From the human T2T-CHM13v2.0 reference genome, Homo sapiens, in NCBI RefSeq assembly GCF_009914755.1, contig NC_060928.1: a stretch of DNA of 64,000 bases. One strand, given 5' to 3'. The notes beneath the pieces were generated by a model that was not told where the DNA came from, did not search any database, and saw nothing but the letters and a program-made list of their open reading frames with translations. Of the stretch, positions 1-13,755 are shown piece after piece. Numbering within the stretch: the stretch's first letter is position 1; each line of letters starts with the position of its first letter. Position numbers and translations under genes: made by a program.

Positions 1-406
1 ACCATAAAGCTTCTATTTTTTGCATGGTCTCCCTTATTAAGAATAAGTACTTGATTTGATCTGTTTTTCTTCTTTCAAAGTACTTAGGTTGAGGAAGAAT
101 TTAGAATAATACTTTCTATAAAACAGGATGGATGGCTTGAATGCTCCTGCTTAAATCCAATACTTTTCAGCACATAAGGTCAGGGGACATGAAACAAACA
201 AGACATACTGTGTTCTCCAGGTCTCCACTTGCATTTCTAGATCACTAGATGTATTCACCATTTCCAAAATAGAGTGACAGACAGCATCTCATTTTCATGG
301 TCTTCTTTTATTTTTAATTTTGCTTAGGCAATTCAATATAAGTTACCTTTTCTCAGTGACCATTTTTTCCTTTGCATTATTTCTTTATCTGAATTGCTTT
401 CACTAG

Positions 407-418
407 CACCATGCCCAG
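407..418 (+). CDS. ANK2: Candidate 12-nt microexon (S-T-M-P), phase 2-2
   Basis: Pyrimidine tract with TGC motifs, ctag|CACCATGCCCAG|gtaggt; symmetric and in phase with the exon at 4430. Confidence 0.7.
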
Positions 419-506
419 GTAGGTATTAACAGAGCATGGAAACAAGCCCTTCCTAGATTTATCCACATTTCCCTGCTCACTGCTAAACCTGCGTGTGTGT
501 GTTGCC

Positions 507-548
507 GGGGCGGGGGGTGAGGGGGAGCGGTGGGGGAGTGGGAGGGGG
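507..548 (+). other. G-run cluster, potential G-quadruplex
   Basis: Six runs of 3-6 G with short spacers. Confidence 0.6.
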
Positions 549-2339
549 TGCTTATATTCTAGAATTATGGATTTATTCTAAAATAAATATTTTTATGTAT
601 TGAACTGAATAACTAGCTGAGCTAGAAGAGGTGAATATATTATTAAAATGTAAATCTGTGACATGACCCAGGTATTGCTTTGTTTCAACAATCACTGCTG
701 CACCTGTGGTTGATAACACATTAGCATGGCTTTCCCCAAACAACCCCAATTAGCCTATGTGTAGTTGGAGAAGATAGAAAAAATATTCTGATGCCTAAAA
801 TATGCATAGATATGGAAGAATACAAATACATACAATTTAATGTACATTAAATACAAATACAACCAAGTTATGATTAGTTGGATTTTGCATCTGTTTTATT
901 TTATTGTAGCTTACAAATTAAAAATGCTTTCCAAATTCAATGTAAAATACTAAATAATAATGAACCACAGAAGCTTCTTCATATCTTAAAGCAAATTTAT
1001 TGAAAATTGTGGATTTCTACTCGTTAAGTTTGCCACTCCATTAATTGAATGTTTAATAAATATTACAGTTTACCAAGATAGTAATTATTATACTTTTCAA
1101 TAAAATTACACTTTCATACCACCTATTATGTGTCCATAAAGCAGTTGTACCGTAGTAAAATAAAAAATATAAACTAAGACCATAACAAAACCCCTAGTAC
1201 ATCCCCTAGATGAACAGCAAGTAAAACTTTACACTTCTATGGCTATGTTATTATACATTTATTAACTGAATAGCAGAACCATTGACTTCATGAAAAATTG
1301 GCAACTGTATTGGAAAATATTTAAACTTGTTTTTAATGTCTTAAATCAGAGTGAACAATTTCTGATCCAAGGGCTTAAATTATTCCAGACCTTTGTCATG
1401 CTGGTTATATTATTTTAGTGAGAATAATTCTTTAGTTATTATTATTTTAGAGGGAATATTCTTTTAGAGCGAATAACTTCTCTGGTGTTGGAATAGTCCA
1501 TCTTTATTTCATTTAAGTAGATTATACGACATCATTTTTAAAAAAGCAGTTAGAAATGATACACATTGATTAAACAACCAATTAGTATTTCAGAAGGCAG
1601 TAAGTAAGTAGAGGAGGCTAGAATACAACCCATAGAAAGGTAGAGACACTCCTATATATGGTTTTGACTTATTCATTGTTGCTCCCTCTCTCTGTCCAAC
1701 TTTTCTCACTCTCTGTGTACATATCCTAATATCTTTCTCTCTCTACTCTAATCAATTTTTTGTGATTATATATCACTTTGTCTCCTTCTTTCTTTTCTTA
1801 TCCCTCTGTATTTCTTTCCTGTTGGGGTTTTAGGAAAGACAAAAAACACCAACACCTCTCTATTCCTCTCAGTACAAAACCAATTGAGAGATAGACTCAG
1901 GTATCAACTAAATGGATATCAAAATTTCACTTGTATGACTGATATACCGATTGCAAAGTGCGACTTTACTTTCATAGCCCAATGGGCTCTTTAATACCAC
2001 ATTCCTGAAATAGACAGACTTGTCTACTTAGCCATAGTCACTCCTTGAGAGTGGCAATTGAGACCTGATTGATTCTTTCAAAGTTTAGACCTTTGCAATC
2101 TGGCAGCCACGTCACAAGGTTTTATTTGAGGTACCATTATTTACCATTCAGTTTGTTCTCATTCAAGCTAAATTTTCATTTTCCCTTTGAGACCGGTGTT
2201 TCTGCTATTCCAGAAGACGGTTGAGCCCATAGAACAGCTGTATTAGAAACAGAAGAGGTTGGCTCCTCTACTATTTTCCCTTCCTTAGCCAAATTCAAAA
2301 CAAAATAAAGGTGAATAGAATTTAAGAGTTGCTGATCTA

Positions 2340-2644
2340 GCCCGGGCATAGTGGCTCACGCCTGTAATCCCAGCACTTTGGGAGGCCAAGGTGGGCGGAT
2401 CACGAGGTCAGGAGATCGAGACCATCCTGGCTAACACGGTGAAACCCTGTCTCTACTAAAAATACAAAAAAATTAGCCAGGCGTGGTGGCAGGCGCCTGT
2501 AGTCCCAGCTACTCGGGAGGCTGAGGCAGGAGAATGGTGAACCTGGGAGGCGGAGCTTGCACTGAGCCACGATCGCGCCACTGCACTCCAGCCTGGGTGA
2601 CAGAGCGAGACTCCGTCTCAAAAAAAAAAAAAAAAAAAAAAAAA
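2340..2644 (+). mobile_element. Alu (AluY-like), full length
   Basis: Dimeric Alu with long poly(A); near-identical TSD aagagttgctgatct / aagaattgctgatct. Confidence 0.95.
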
Positions 2645-4429
2645 GAATTGCTGATCTCGTGCCACCTGGTACAAAACACATCCAAGTGGATCTTAGCTAT
2701 CTTTGTGATTTACAGCAGGAAAACAAATTATCCATTCCACCAGCTGAGACAAGCTTTTGCTGAGATTAACCCTTTTCCCAATAATCTAATCCCCTATCAA
2801 AAGCTAAATGTAAAACCATCTGTAATATAAGTAGCCTCCAATTGCTGGAGCTAAAACTCTTGTTGATGAAATTACTAAGGCTCTGTCAAGAGCCTCAATC
2901 TTCTCCAAGAGCCTACATAACATAAAATAGTTAATTCTCAGGTTATATTTAGATTTTGTTTTATTGTAAACACAGATTTATGTATGTGTTAACGCAAGGA
3001 TCAGACAATCAACTCTTTTTATTCATGTCATTTACCCTTTAAGACTTTTTTTGGAATATACCTACATGTAAAATAAGAAGGAGAAGGTCCTGGATTACTA
3101 TGAATTACCTACAAAGTGATGATTTCCTCAAAGACAATTGATGCGGGCTATGTTGACACCTCATAGATATGATAGTACATGGCTTACAAAATTAAATATA
3201 CTTGCAAAATGAAGATAGTTTCTACTAATAAATATGCTAATTTAACATTTAGTCCATAATTCTACAGTGCTTCACTGGCCAAACACCTACTAGCTAAAAG
3301 TAAATGAAAGTTTGCTTCTATAAATATTGTGAAAGCTTGCGTATCTCCTTTTTTTCCCTTATGGGCTTTGGGCTAATATTTTGAACACAGATCTTTAATA
3401 CTTGAGCTACAGTGTATAAAATATAGCTTATTTAAGATACCAATCTGTCATTTGATTTTACAAATTGATTTAAAAGGAATGAGATTGCATCTATGCAAAT
3501 GTCAAGTTTTACCTATTACATATGAGTGTGTAATTTAGAACTTTGAAGTTCAGATTTTTCAAAAATGTAATGCATGGTTTATCAAGGCCTAAATCCCATT
3601 TTGAAGCCAAACCTCATTTTTGGTCAGTGGCCATTGGCAATTTGTCTTTGTGCTGGCAGGTGTGTCTGTGTTCTGGGCTGGAGCTTAGATACAGTTTCTT
3701 GTGCTCATGCATCTCATCACCACGGCAACCAACACTCTGGTGCTTCAGTCACCACACACAGGACATGCAAAGGGGACAGTGCTCTCGTTTGAAATAATAG
3801 CATTGTTGGAGTCACTAGAGACAAACAAGAGGAACTCCACTTCCGCAGGAAGCATGCATCTGGCCACAGTTCATTTCACTCTGTACCTTCCAGGGGAATG
3901 CACCAACATTCAGTCATTCACAGTTTAGAGAGGAGGAGAAAGAGGCATAGAGAGAGAATGGAAAATAATAAGCGAAAATGAAACTGGGCTTTCATTTTGT
4001 TCTTCTCTCTGAGGGCCATCTACTTTCCTCCTTATATTTTTCTTAGTTGCAGAGAGATTAACATTTAACACAGATTTAAGCAATCTATCCTGGAATTATT
4101 TCCTGAGTGAATTTCTGGTACTGGCAGTAATAAACTACAGTTGCTGGTTTCAAACATTTCTGGGAAGAAAATGAATCAGATTAGGAGTATCAAATTTTAA
4201 CTTCTGGATTCCCTTGTGCTCTTGCCATTGAGCGGTAGGAACCTGTCAAAGGATGTGTTAGTTCAGCTGTTGGACAAAAAGGTAGGACAACAGAGACTTG
4301 TGTCCCCCTGGAAGTTGTGCTGTTAGCTAATAGCACGCTTTTTTCACTCTCCTGCTCGGCTCATCATTTTGTCATCCCAACCCTGCTACTGCTGTTGGTA
4401 TATGCCATGGCCTCCTGCCAACCTACCAG

Positions 4430-4532
4430 CCTTCGATCCTTCAGTTCCGACAGGTCTCACACTCTGAGCCATGCCTCCTACCTGAGGGACAGTGCCGTGA
4501 TGGATGACTCAGTTGTGATTCCCAGTCACCAG
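4430..4532 (+). CDS. ANK2: Coding exon, linker ([35 protein letters not shown]), 103 nt, phase 2-0
   Basis: ccag| acceptor, CAG|gtatgt donor, peptide matches ankyrin-B. Confidence 0.95.
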
Positions 4533-5239
4533 GTATGTGACATTTTGCCTTCATGTCTTTGCTTTCTGGAGAGCTTTGTAACATTATTGGATGCTAGAAA
4601 TGTCCTGAGAAAGTTTTTAATCCCCCCAAAATCATTCCCAATTCAGTTGAGAAGCTAGGATAAGAGATTTGAGGGTTTTCCTAAAACATGAAAAATGTTC
4701 ACTAGATTTTTTCAATGAGCAGTGTTTTTCTGAAAAAGCATACTGCTTATTTCTTCAGCTATACTGAATTCTTCTGTGGAGATTATATATGAACATTATA
4801 TTTTTAAAATAAAATCTCCATTAAAGGAAAAAGTGAAGTAGGATGCATTTAAGGTATAAGATGAATGGTACAGGTTAAGTTATATCTTTCAATATTTAAA
4901 ATTGTTAGCTATGAGAAAGGCTTAAAATTTATTCTGGAATATTTTAATTTTAGTTATGATTTTATCACTTTTGGTGGATTGGGTATAGGGAAATAGATGG
5001 ATACCTACTGTCTTCAAAGACAATTACACGAATGTAATCTTATATAATCTATTTAAATAATGCAGTTTAAAAGAGAATGCATTTTAAAAGATTCATTGTA
5101 AATACATTGGTTTTATATTTTAAGTGTAAGTTTTTCTAGGTTATACCACTTTCCAGTGATGACACTTTTTATATTTTGTTATATTTTACTTTAATTGAAG
5201 CAAAGTGTGTTTATTCAATCCAGTGTTCTTTGTGTTTAG

Positions 5240-5343
5240 GTGTCAACTCTAGCCAAGGAGGCAGAAAGGAATTCTTATCGCCTAAGCTGGGGCACTGAGA
5301 ACTTAGACAACGTGGCTCTTTCTTCTAGTCCTATTCATTCAGG
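5240..5343 (+). CDS. ANK2: Coding exon ([35 protein letters not shown]), 104 nt, phase 0-2
   Basis: tgtgtttag| acceptor, GG|gtgagt donor. Confidence 0.96.
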
Positions 5344-7094
5344 GTGAGTAAATCAATATTATGTATCCTGATCAAGAGGTAAAAAGAGATGGGAGTGAAA
5401 ACAACAGCTTTGTCCAGTAGCTTTAGCTGGTGGCTAGCTTTACAGTGGAGGTGCCCTTTGTTTAAACTTGTAAATAACATTGCTTTATCCAACATGGACT
5501 CTATATCTACAACAACAAACCAGCAAAAAAGATTGAATTCAGCATTAAAAAAACTGACTATTGTTTTAAAACAACTAGTAGAATTGCGTCAAACAGCTTG
5601 CTACCTAACTGGAATATACTAGTGGCCTTCCTACTATTCACGTACTGTCTTTAAGACATCCTAAAAAGAGGGGCTGAATCATGTGATTTCTAGAAAGTTT
5701 CTATTTATTAGGATTAGCTGATTGGTTCAATGAAATAAATGCCTTTCTCAGATGCTAATGCATTTCAAATAATGTTACAGAAGCTTGAATCACACAAATA
5801 TATAGAGGAGTTTATATATTGTTTGAAGTAGGGATATAAACAAAAAGGGAATTTGAACGCAATCAGTCAGGTTCTCAGTTATCTTTTTAAAGTCATTCAG
5901 AGAGTATACACACCACTGTTGAAGCAATGCTGCCTGTTTTTATTAACTCATTAAAAAATAGGAGTTTGAGTCATACTTTCAAACATACTTAAAGTTGTTC
6001 TTAAGGTGTTCAGTTATGTGGAATATAAATTCTTTAAGGAGTTTTAAATTGTAACACTCTTCCAATTTCTTCCTTACATATTAGTAGTTTGCAATAATAT
6101 AGTAATATCATAATTATATATAAAATTTCTATTTTTTATTTAATTATTTTTAAAGCCCTATTTATATGCTATATATCAAAATGCAATATTTTGATTTTAA
6201 TTATTATCCCCAAATCCTTATCCATAAATCCCAGAACTATTTGGAAAAGTAGATCCTTTCTTATTTTTATTATTCTAAAATATTCTTTATTCAGGAAAGA
6301 GTTCCAACATATTTTAGTTAAAAATTTTAGACTTCTTCAACTAATCTTATACTAAGTAAAGGTTCATACAATAACATAAGTTATATAGTTATTGAAAACA
6401 ATCCTAATACTTTTTTCCTTGTTAAATAAGTAGAGGCTAGTTCCTAATGCGACAGTTATTCATGAGAATAAAAAACAAATTACACTTCATTCAAATTTAC
6501 TTGCTTTTTTAAAAAAAGAAAGCTATAGATTACTAAAAAGATACAACATTGCATTCTGCTAATGAACTTCTTCACAGTGGTAAGAAGGAAAAAGACCTGG
6601 ATGTAGAGTATTGTAGGATCATAGATAAGAATCTAGAAATCATAATGAGGTGTTTAAAGTTCATATGCAGCCTACAAAGTGATGAGATGGTTTTAGGTAA
6701 AATGTAATTGACTAATAATAACTGAATTTACACAAGAATCTGTGCATGCCAATACTTCAGTTTGCAAAATAAATCATTTATATTTTGAAAAAGGAACTTT
6801 TAAAAGAAGTTCTTTCATTACTGAAGGGCAGTAAAGTAGTCTAAGTACCTCAATTACACCCCAATTATGTACAACTAGATACACCTATAAGTAATTATGG
6901 TGCACTACTTATGATGAACCAACAGCATCCAGTAGTTAAAGATGAATTATGTGTTAAGATAAAGATCTTTAAATTCATAGTCTTTAATAAAACAGTTTTC
7001 CTATGAATCTCAAGCATTTAATACTGACTCTGGATAATTCTCAACTTTTGCTGTGCATTAGAATCACCTAGGAGCTTTAAAAAATACTAGTGCT

Positions 7095-7408
7095 GGCCAG
7101 GCGCAGTGGCTCACGCCTATAATCCCAGCACTCTGGGAGGACGAGGTGGACGGATCATGAGGTCAGGGGTTTGAGACAAGCCTGAACAACATGGTGAAAC
7201 CTCATCTCTACTAAAAATACAAAAATTAGCCGGGCGTGGTGGTGGTGCACACCTGTAATCCCAGCTACTCAGGAGGGTGAGGCAGAAGAATCATTTGAAC
7301 CCGGGAGGTGGTGGTTACAGCGAGCCTAGACTGCACCACTGCTCTCCAGCCTGGGTGACAGAGTGAGACTCCATCTCCAAAAAAAACAAAAACAAAAACA
7401 AAAAAAAC
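7095..7408 (+). mobile_element. Alu (AluS-like), apparently inserted in a MER5-like hAT remnant (~7038-7450)
   Basis: Alu dimer, A-rich tail, TSD actagtgc; flanks read ttctcaac...cattagaatcacct...aggcctcaacccagacc. Confidence 0.9.
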
Positions 7409-7764
7409 TAGTGCCCAGGCCTCAACCCAGACCAATTATTTGGAGGCCTGGCATTGATACTGTCTACAAGCGCCAATAGTACAGTTGTTTTATATATAAA
7501 CTGTTAGGAAAAACTTTGCTTAATAAGGCTTTGGTTATTAGAGAGACCTGGTTAATTAAGGTATACCTAGTTCTCTCAAATGTTCTTTATTTCTTCCATT
7601 CACTTATGTATTCATTCTTCACACATTTGTGTAATTCTATAAAGTACCTGACATTGTGCCAGGTACTAAGAAAAAAGCTAAGTAACATCTAGCCTCTGCC
7701 TTTAGAAACACACTCTATGTTGTTATTTAAAGTTAGAAGACACTTAATCTGTAAAGAGAGAGAA

Positions 7765-8000
7765 ACATCGTGGTTAATAGTGTGCTTGGGAGTCAGACCT
7801 GTCAGAATTAAATCCTGACACTGACACTCGTATGTGACATCAGGCACAGTTATATAAAAATCTCTGAGTTTCAGTTTCCATATCTATAAGATGAGTGTTA
7901 TATTATTGATCCCATAGGGGAGCTTTAATAGCTAATTACTTTTTAAATAATTAGCACTTTGCCTGGAAATAATAAGTGCTCAATAGATTATAGCTATTAG
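7765..8000. mobile_element. MIR remnant
   Basis: MIR core-like words tctctgagtttcagtttccatatctataagatg and aagtgctcaatag; boundaries approximate. Confidence 0.6.
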
Positions 8001-8417
8001 TATTTGTACAATCCCCATATACACATGTTCTAGATCTTTCACAAATTGCAAATCCATTAAGGAAAATGTATTATGACTCCTCTAAATGGCAGCGTCAATG
8101 TGGTTCAATTCACAATAGTAACGTTTGACTTACTGTTATTTTTATTCAGGCAAATTATTCTCTATTAGCGTCTCCAGTGTTTCAACAAACACAATGCATT
8201 TGATGACTCTAACAGAATGAGTTATTACTATTGAAAACTCAATGATTCTCAGTTTCCTGGTATTTGAAAGCTACCATGATATTAATGTATATGAGTAACA
8301 CTCATCATACCATGTCATGTAGCAAGAGTTTTTTGTAATTTTATTCATTATACACCAGGTTCCTAAATAGTAGCTTTTATTTATTTTTTTTGAAGAACTT
8401 AGTTTTTCTTTAATTAA

Positions 8418-8812
<395 letters not shown>

Positions 8813-8962
8813 TGATTTGTACATATAATGTTCTCTTAAATTTAATAAAGGGATTTTACATTAATAGAAGACACCGTTTCTACCAATAAGCAGTATTGGT
8901 GATTTTATTTTACCTCTATTTTATGTTTCCAGTGACTAATGTTCATAACTAGAGAACAATAG

Positions 8963-9022
8963 GTATCAGTGATTAAAAAATCAGTATCAGTGATTAAAAA
9001 ATCAGTATCAGTATTAAAAAAT
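8963..9022. repeat. 21-bp tandem repeat, about 3 copies (gtatcagtgattaaaaaatca)
   Basis: Read directly. Confidence 0.9.
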
Positions 9023-10481
9023 CTGTTCTGCTCAATACACACAGCAAATACCTGGCAAAAGAAAGACTAACATTTGCTGTTTATTTTAAAGTGTTGTCTT
9101 CAGATTCACAATGACTCTAATCAACAGTTATTTCTAGCATCCTAGTCATGATCATAACAACATAATCTTGGGCAAGAATTTTAATTTTACAATTCTTCTT
9201 CATTTCATAAGTGCATAAGGAATTAGAAGATGTAAGACACAACTCTTAGCAGTAGCTAGCTTTGTAAGTCTTCTTAAATATTGTTATTAAAGGTCTTTAG
9301 TTTTTGTAGTGTTTTAATTACAGTCAAATGCCAACAATTAAATGTCAATTCATTAAAATGTCCTACACAGTCATACATTAACTGGAGGTCTGTAAGGTTG
9401 TCTTTTAAAGAACTTCTTTTCATAAAAACATGTTGAAGGCAATTTTGTTGTTTACCTAAAATTTCTCCAAAAATAAAGTCTATTTTAAAAATCATCTTGA
9501 AGGTATTCTCTCAAATAACGGGATATTTGAAATGCAAGGAAGTCAAGGCTCTCACTTGACAATATTAATGTTTATCTAATATGTACGGCAGTTAAGTTAG
9601 TTATTCATGTATTTCACAACAGCCTAGGGTTTTTTTTAGATACGTGAAGGTAAATTCTTTTAGATGAGGAAAGTTTTTTCATAATAAGTAGCAAAACAAG
9701 TGTTTAGTAAGGTTGGATTTCCGGTCCATTAAGCATGTATACTTTTGTATGTCATTAGGGTTGAAAACACAAGAGAATCTTGTGAAAGCTTATGGAGGGT
9801 TTTACGGAAGAGCAGACTCATAGGTAGAAGAAGAGTGAAAGGTAGAACTATAATGTGGGATTAGACATTATGACCACTGAGGAAGACAGCAATCTCCAAA
9901 GCAGGAAATGAAGTATTGACAAAAGCACCAAGACTTTGTTTGCATAGCTTTTTTTTGCGATACTCTAGTAGGTAATTGATATTACCTACCCCGCTTTATA
10001 GTTTATGCTACTGTTTGTTGTTGATCTATACTTTAAATTGTGCCTTTTCTTTTTGCATTTCTTCTGTGATAGCCCAAAAAGTTATTATCATTATTTTTAA
10101 AGTATTAAATGTATAAAACAAAAACCTTTGCGTCAAAACTGTGTCCATCAAATCAAAGACTTTATGTTTTTCATCATAATGACCCTTGATGTTTCTGTAG
10201 CTTCTTGGACACTCAGACTTTGTTAAACGCCCTCATAAGCCAATGTTGACCAAGGTTAAAAACCCATATCCAGTGATTTTATAATATCCCCAGTTCTCTA
10301 AACTGGGAGTTGCCACAAAGCCCCCATAACTTGCTCTTCTCGACCTATATCTCATTTGGATTTCCATTTGTTTTCAATGAATAAGGTATTGGTGTATAAA
10401 TAATAAGTCACTTCTGAGTTCCTTCCTTATATTTCACTTTATCCGTTCCTTCTCTGTGCTAAAGTATCTATTCTGTTGCAG

Positions 10482-10517
10482 CCGCGCCTCTCCATGTCTT
10501 GAACGTGACAACAGCAG
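10482..10517 (+). CDS. ANK2: Alternative 36-nt cassette exon (RASPCLERDNSS), phase 2-2
   Basis: ttctgttgcag| acceptor, CAG|gtgaac donor, symmetric, stop-free; peptide recalled from ankyrin-B isoforms. Confidence 0.85.
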
Positions 10518-13442
10518 GTGAACTACTGCATAATTCTTTCTCTGAACATGTTGCCTATTCCTCTCCCCCTTTCGCCATCTCCTTCTGCATATTCCTTGCC
10601 TCAGGATGCTTTAGTGTGAAGATACCTAGCCAAAGAGATAGAAAGATTGATGTTCTCCAAATTGTGGCTATTGCTGAATTCCCCTTTCTCTGTGATGAAG
10701 AGAAAGTGGTATTTTTAATTTCAGTGGAAATAAAGTGGGGCTGTTCCAGACTTACTGTGGACTGCCTGTCTTGGTCATGGGTCTCCACATCTCCAGCTTC
10801 TTTTGTGAGAAAAAGTGCTACATAGAGATGAAAAATGTTGTTCCCTACAATTATGCAAATTGGTCAAGCTATTTTAGGGTTTTATTAAAGGTTATGATTT
10901 TAAGTGGCACTTAGCAGAGAGTTTTTTGTTGTTCTGGGTTTTATTTTAAATACCATATTCTAGGTGAGGCAAAGGCTGAAAGTGTATTAGTAGTGCATTT
11001 CCTTGCTAGTACTGCTATAAATGCAACCTTTTGATATTTTAGAAATTGTACTGTAGCATGACTAGTCAGTGTTCTAAAAATACCTGTTATTCTGTTATTT
11101 ATTTAAAGTTATTTTTAAAGGTTCCTATTAGACTGCTAATTATAGTATTTTTATTATACAGCCATCCATTATGGTACTACAAATTATCAGTCTACAAAAA
11201 AGACAGTTTTGTGTTTTTATTTTTGAAAACTTTTATATACATCCTTATACTTTTTCTCAAATGCACGCTATTGTCTTTCCATACGTGAACACAGTGGTTG
11301 ATAAATAATTGTTTGGTGATTTTAAAAAATTTGAACCACTTTTTTCAAAGCCATATCCAAGCAATTTTTAAGTTTATAGAATTTGGAGAATTAGGAAGGA
11401 ATTAAGGGAATTACAGAGGAGAAAGAGCTCATGCAATGGTTTGTCTCACAGTACCTCAGAAATCGGATTTAATCTGAGGCCCTCTTGCTATGTATATGAG
11501 GATCACTGAAGCACTCTGATGATTTTTTTTCCTGTTCTTTCAACTAACTCTGAATGCTGCAATTTCCTCCCCATTCCCATCCCATGGTCCTCAAAGAATT
11601 AAAAATAAAACTAAAGGAATAGTAACTTTGGGGGTGGAGGATGTAGTCCTCAAATGACTGGATCATGGTTTTCTCCTGCCTCCTCTGAAGCATGTACTGT
11701 TTAGCTAATCAAATTGTGTATTTGTAGGCAAGTCATCTGCATAATAATGGTTGCTTTTGCTTTTATTCTTTTTAAATTGTGATAACATTGTATCTCACAA
11801 TTTAGAAAACTTCAACAAGAGTTTCTACTTTGCATGATTGCTGAATTTCATTTGGAGAGTAAGAGATGCAATTAAAGCTGAGTGTTAACATGATATTTTT
11901 TGTATGTACAGTCTTAAGTCAATGTTTAGTGCAGTGTGTGTACACATTTTCTGCAAAACAGCTGTTTTAACCATAAAGCAAAAATGATATATATTTCCTG
12001 AAGTAATAGCAGTTTATTTTCCAATTAAGAATTCTTTCAGAGCATCTGAAATGAAAGGTTTAAGTAGGTTTCCTAACCTAGTTAACAGTAAACTGTGCAT
12101 ATAATTTTAATACTGGAAGGCAACTTAGAGTCTATTTAGTATAAGTCTCCCATTTTATGGATAAGAAAACTGAAATCTAAAGATGTTAAGTGACTTACCT
12201 GAGGTTACAACATTAATTCAAGATAGAGATATAACTAGACCCAGGGAAGAGCATGGTACTTGCTGCATTCTCCTGTGCTGTGTGATAATAGTATTTTTAT
12301 ATCTTATTTAAGTAAACTTCATAAACTAATAAAAACTTCATCATCATTTTAAACTACTTAGCATAGTTCCAGGTTCATTGTAGGTACTCAATAAAGGTTA
12401 GTTTCTCCATTTATTTTTCAAGTGGTATATTGTATTGTGTTTAAGATATTTAAAATATGTAAAATCCCGTAAGTGTAGAGAAAGGAAGATGATGGGAACA
12501 AGCATTTATTGAATTCCGTATGCTTTACCCACACAAGATTTCTCACTGTAACCTTAAGTGGTAACAGGATTATTTTTCATTGCCAGGTGAGGCTTCAATC
12601 TTAAAGATCATAGATGACAGGCAGAGCCATCAATCCATATTACTGCCTCCTCTAAACATATTTAATTATATGTTTTTACTTAAGTTATTTTCATCTCCAA
12701 ATGTTTATGGGGATTATCTTGTCCCATTTTTAATCTCCTGCAAACATGAGAAAAATCACATTGATTCAGTCAACTCCAGTATGTGAACGACTCATCTCGC
12801 GACTCACACCTTCTAACCTTTCTCATTTCCCTGTGGTACATAAAAGTACGTTTGCTTACAATTTTTTTTATGCTTATTTGCAGTTGTTTTTTACGTGGTA
12901 GAATACCTGTCTCCTAACTCTACTACCTGTCCAAATAGTGGCACTTTTGGGTATTCTAATATTTTTAATGAAAATGCTCAGATGCTTACCCAATTTTATA
13001 TTATCAACTGTTGGGATTCACTGATAAGCATACCTATTGTCAATAGACTTTTCATCAGCACCTAGCTATAAACTTGAGTTATTTTTCCTGTTCCTTCTTA
13101 TTTAAAGAAAAGACTTCTTTTATTATGCAATTCTGTAAATTCAGCATTTTTATCAGTTGTTTGGCAATTCCATTATTTGAGTCTAATTTGTTTAGAGTAT
13201 TTTCTTGCTAGATTTTATAAACAGTTTTACTCATTTTGACTATTAATATTTAGCTTTTTTATATCTTCCAATATTTTTATTTCTTTCTTGACATCTTTCT
13301 GTTTTACTTTCTTCTCTCTCTTCTCTTTCTCTTCTAAAGAAAATTTCCTCACTACAACTTGGTGGGTTTTTTTGGTTTGTGTTTCTTCCTTTAGTTACTT
13401 GATAAAAACACGAAGGCTTGTTTTCTTTAAAAATTTAATTTA

Positions 13443-13755
<313 letters not shown>

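Noticed and set aside
2400-2830. Alu-derived ORFs (also near 8593, 13592, 25229, 27250, 29060, 57259, 62090-62672)
   Set aside because: Standard Alu translation artefacts
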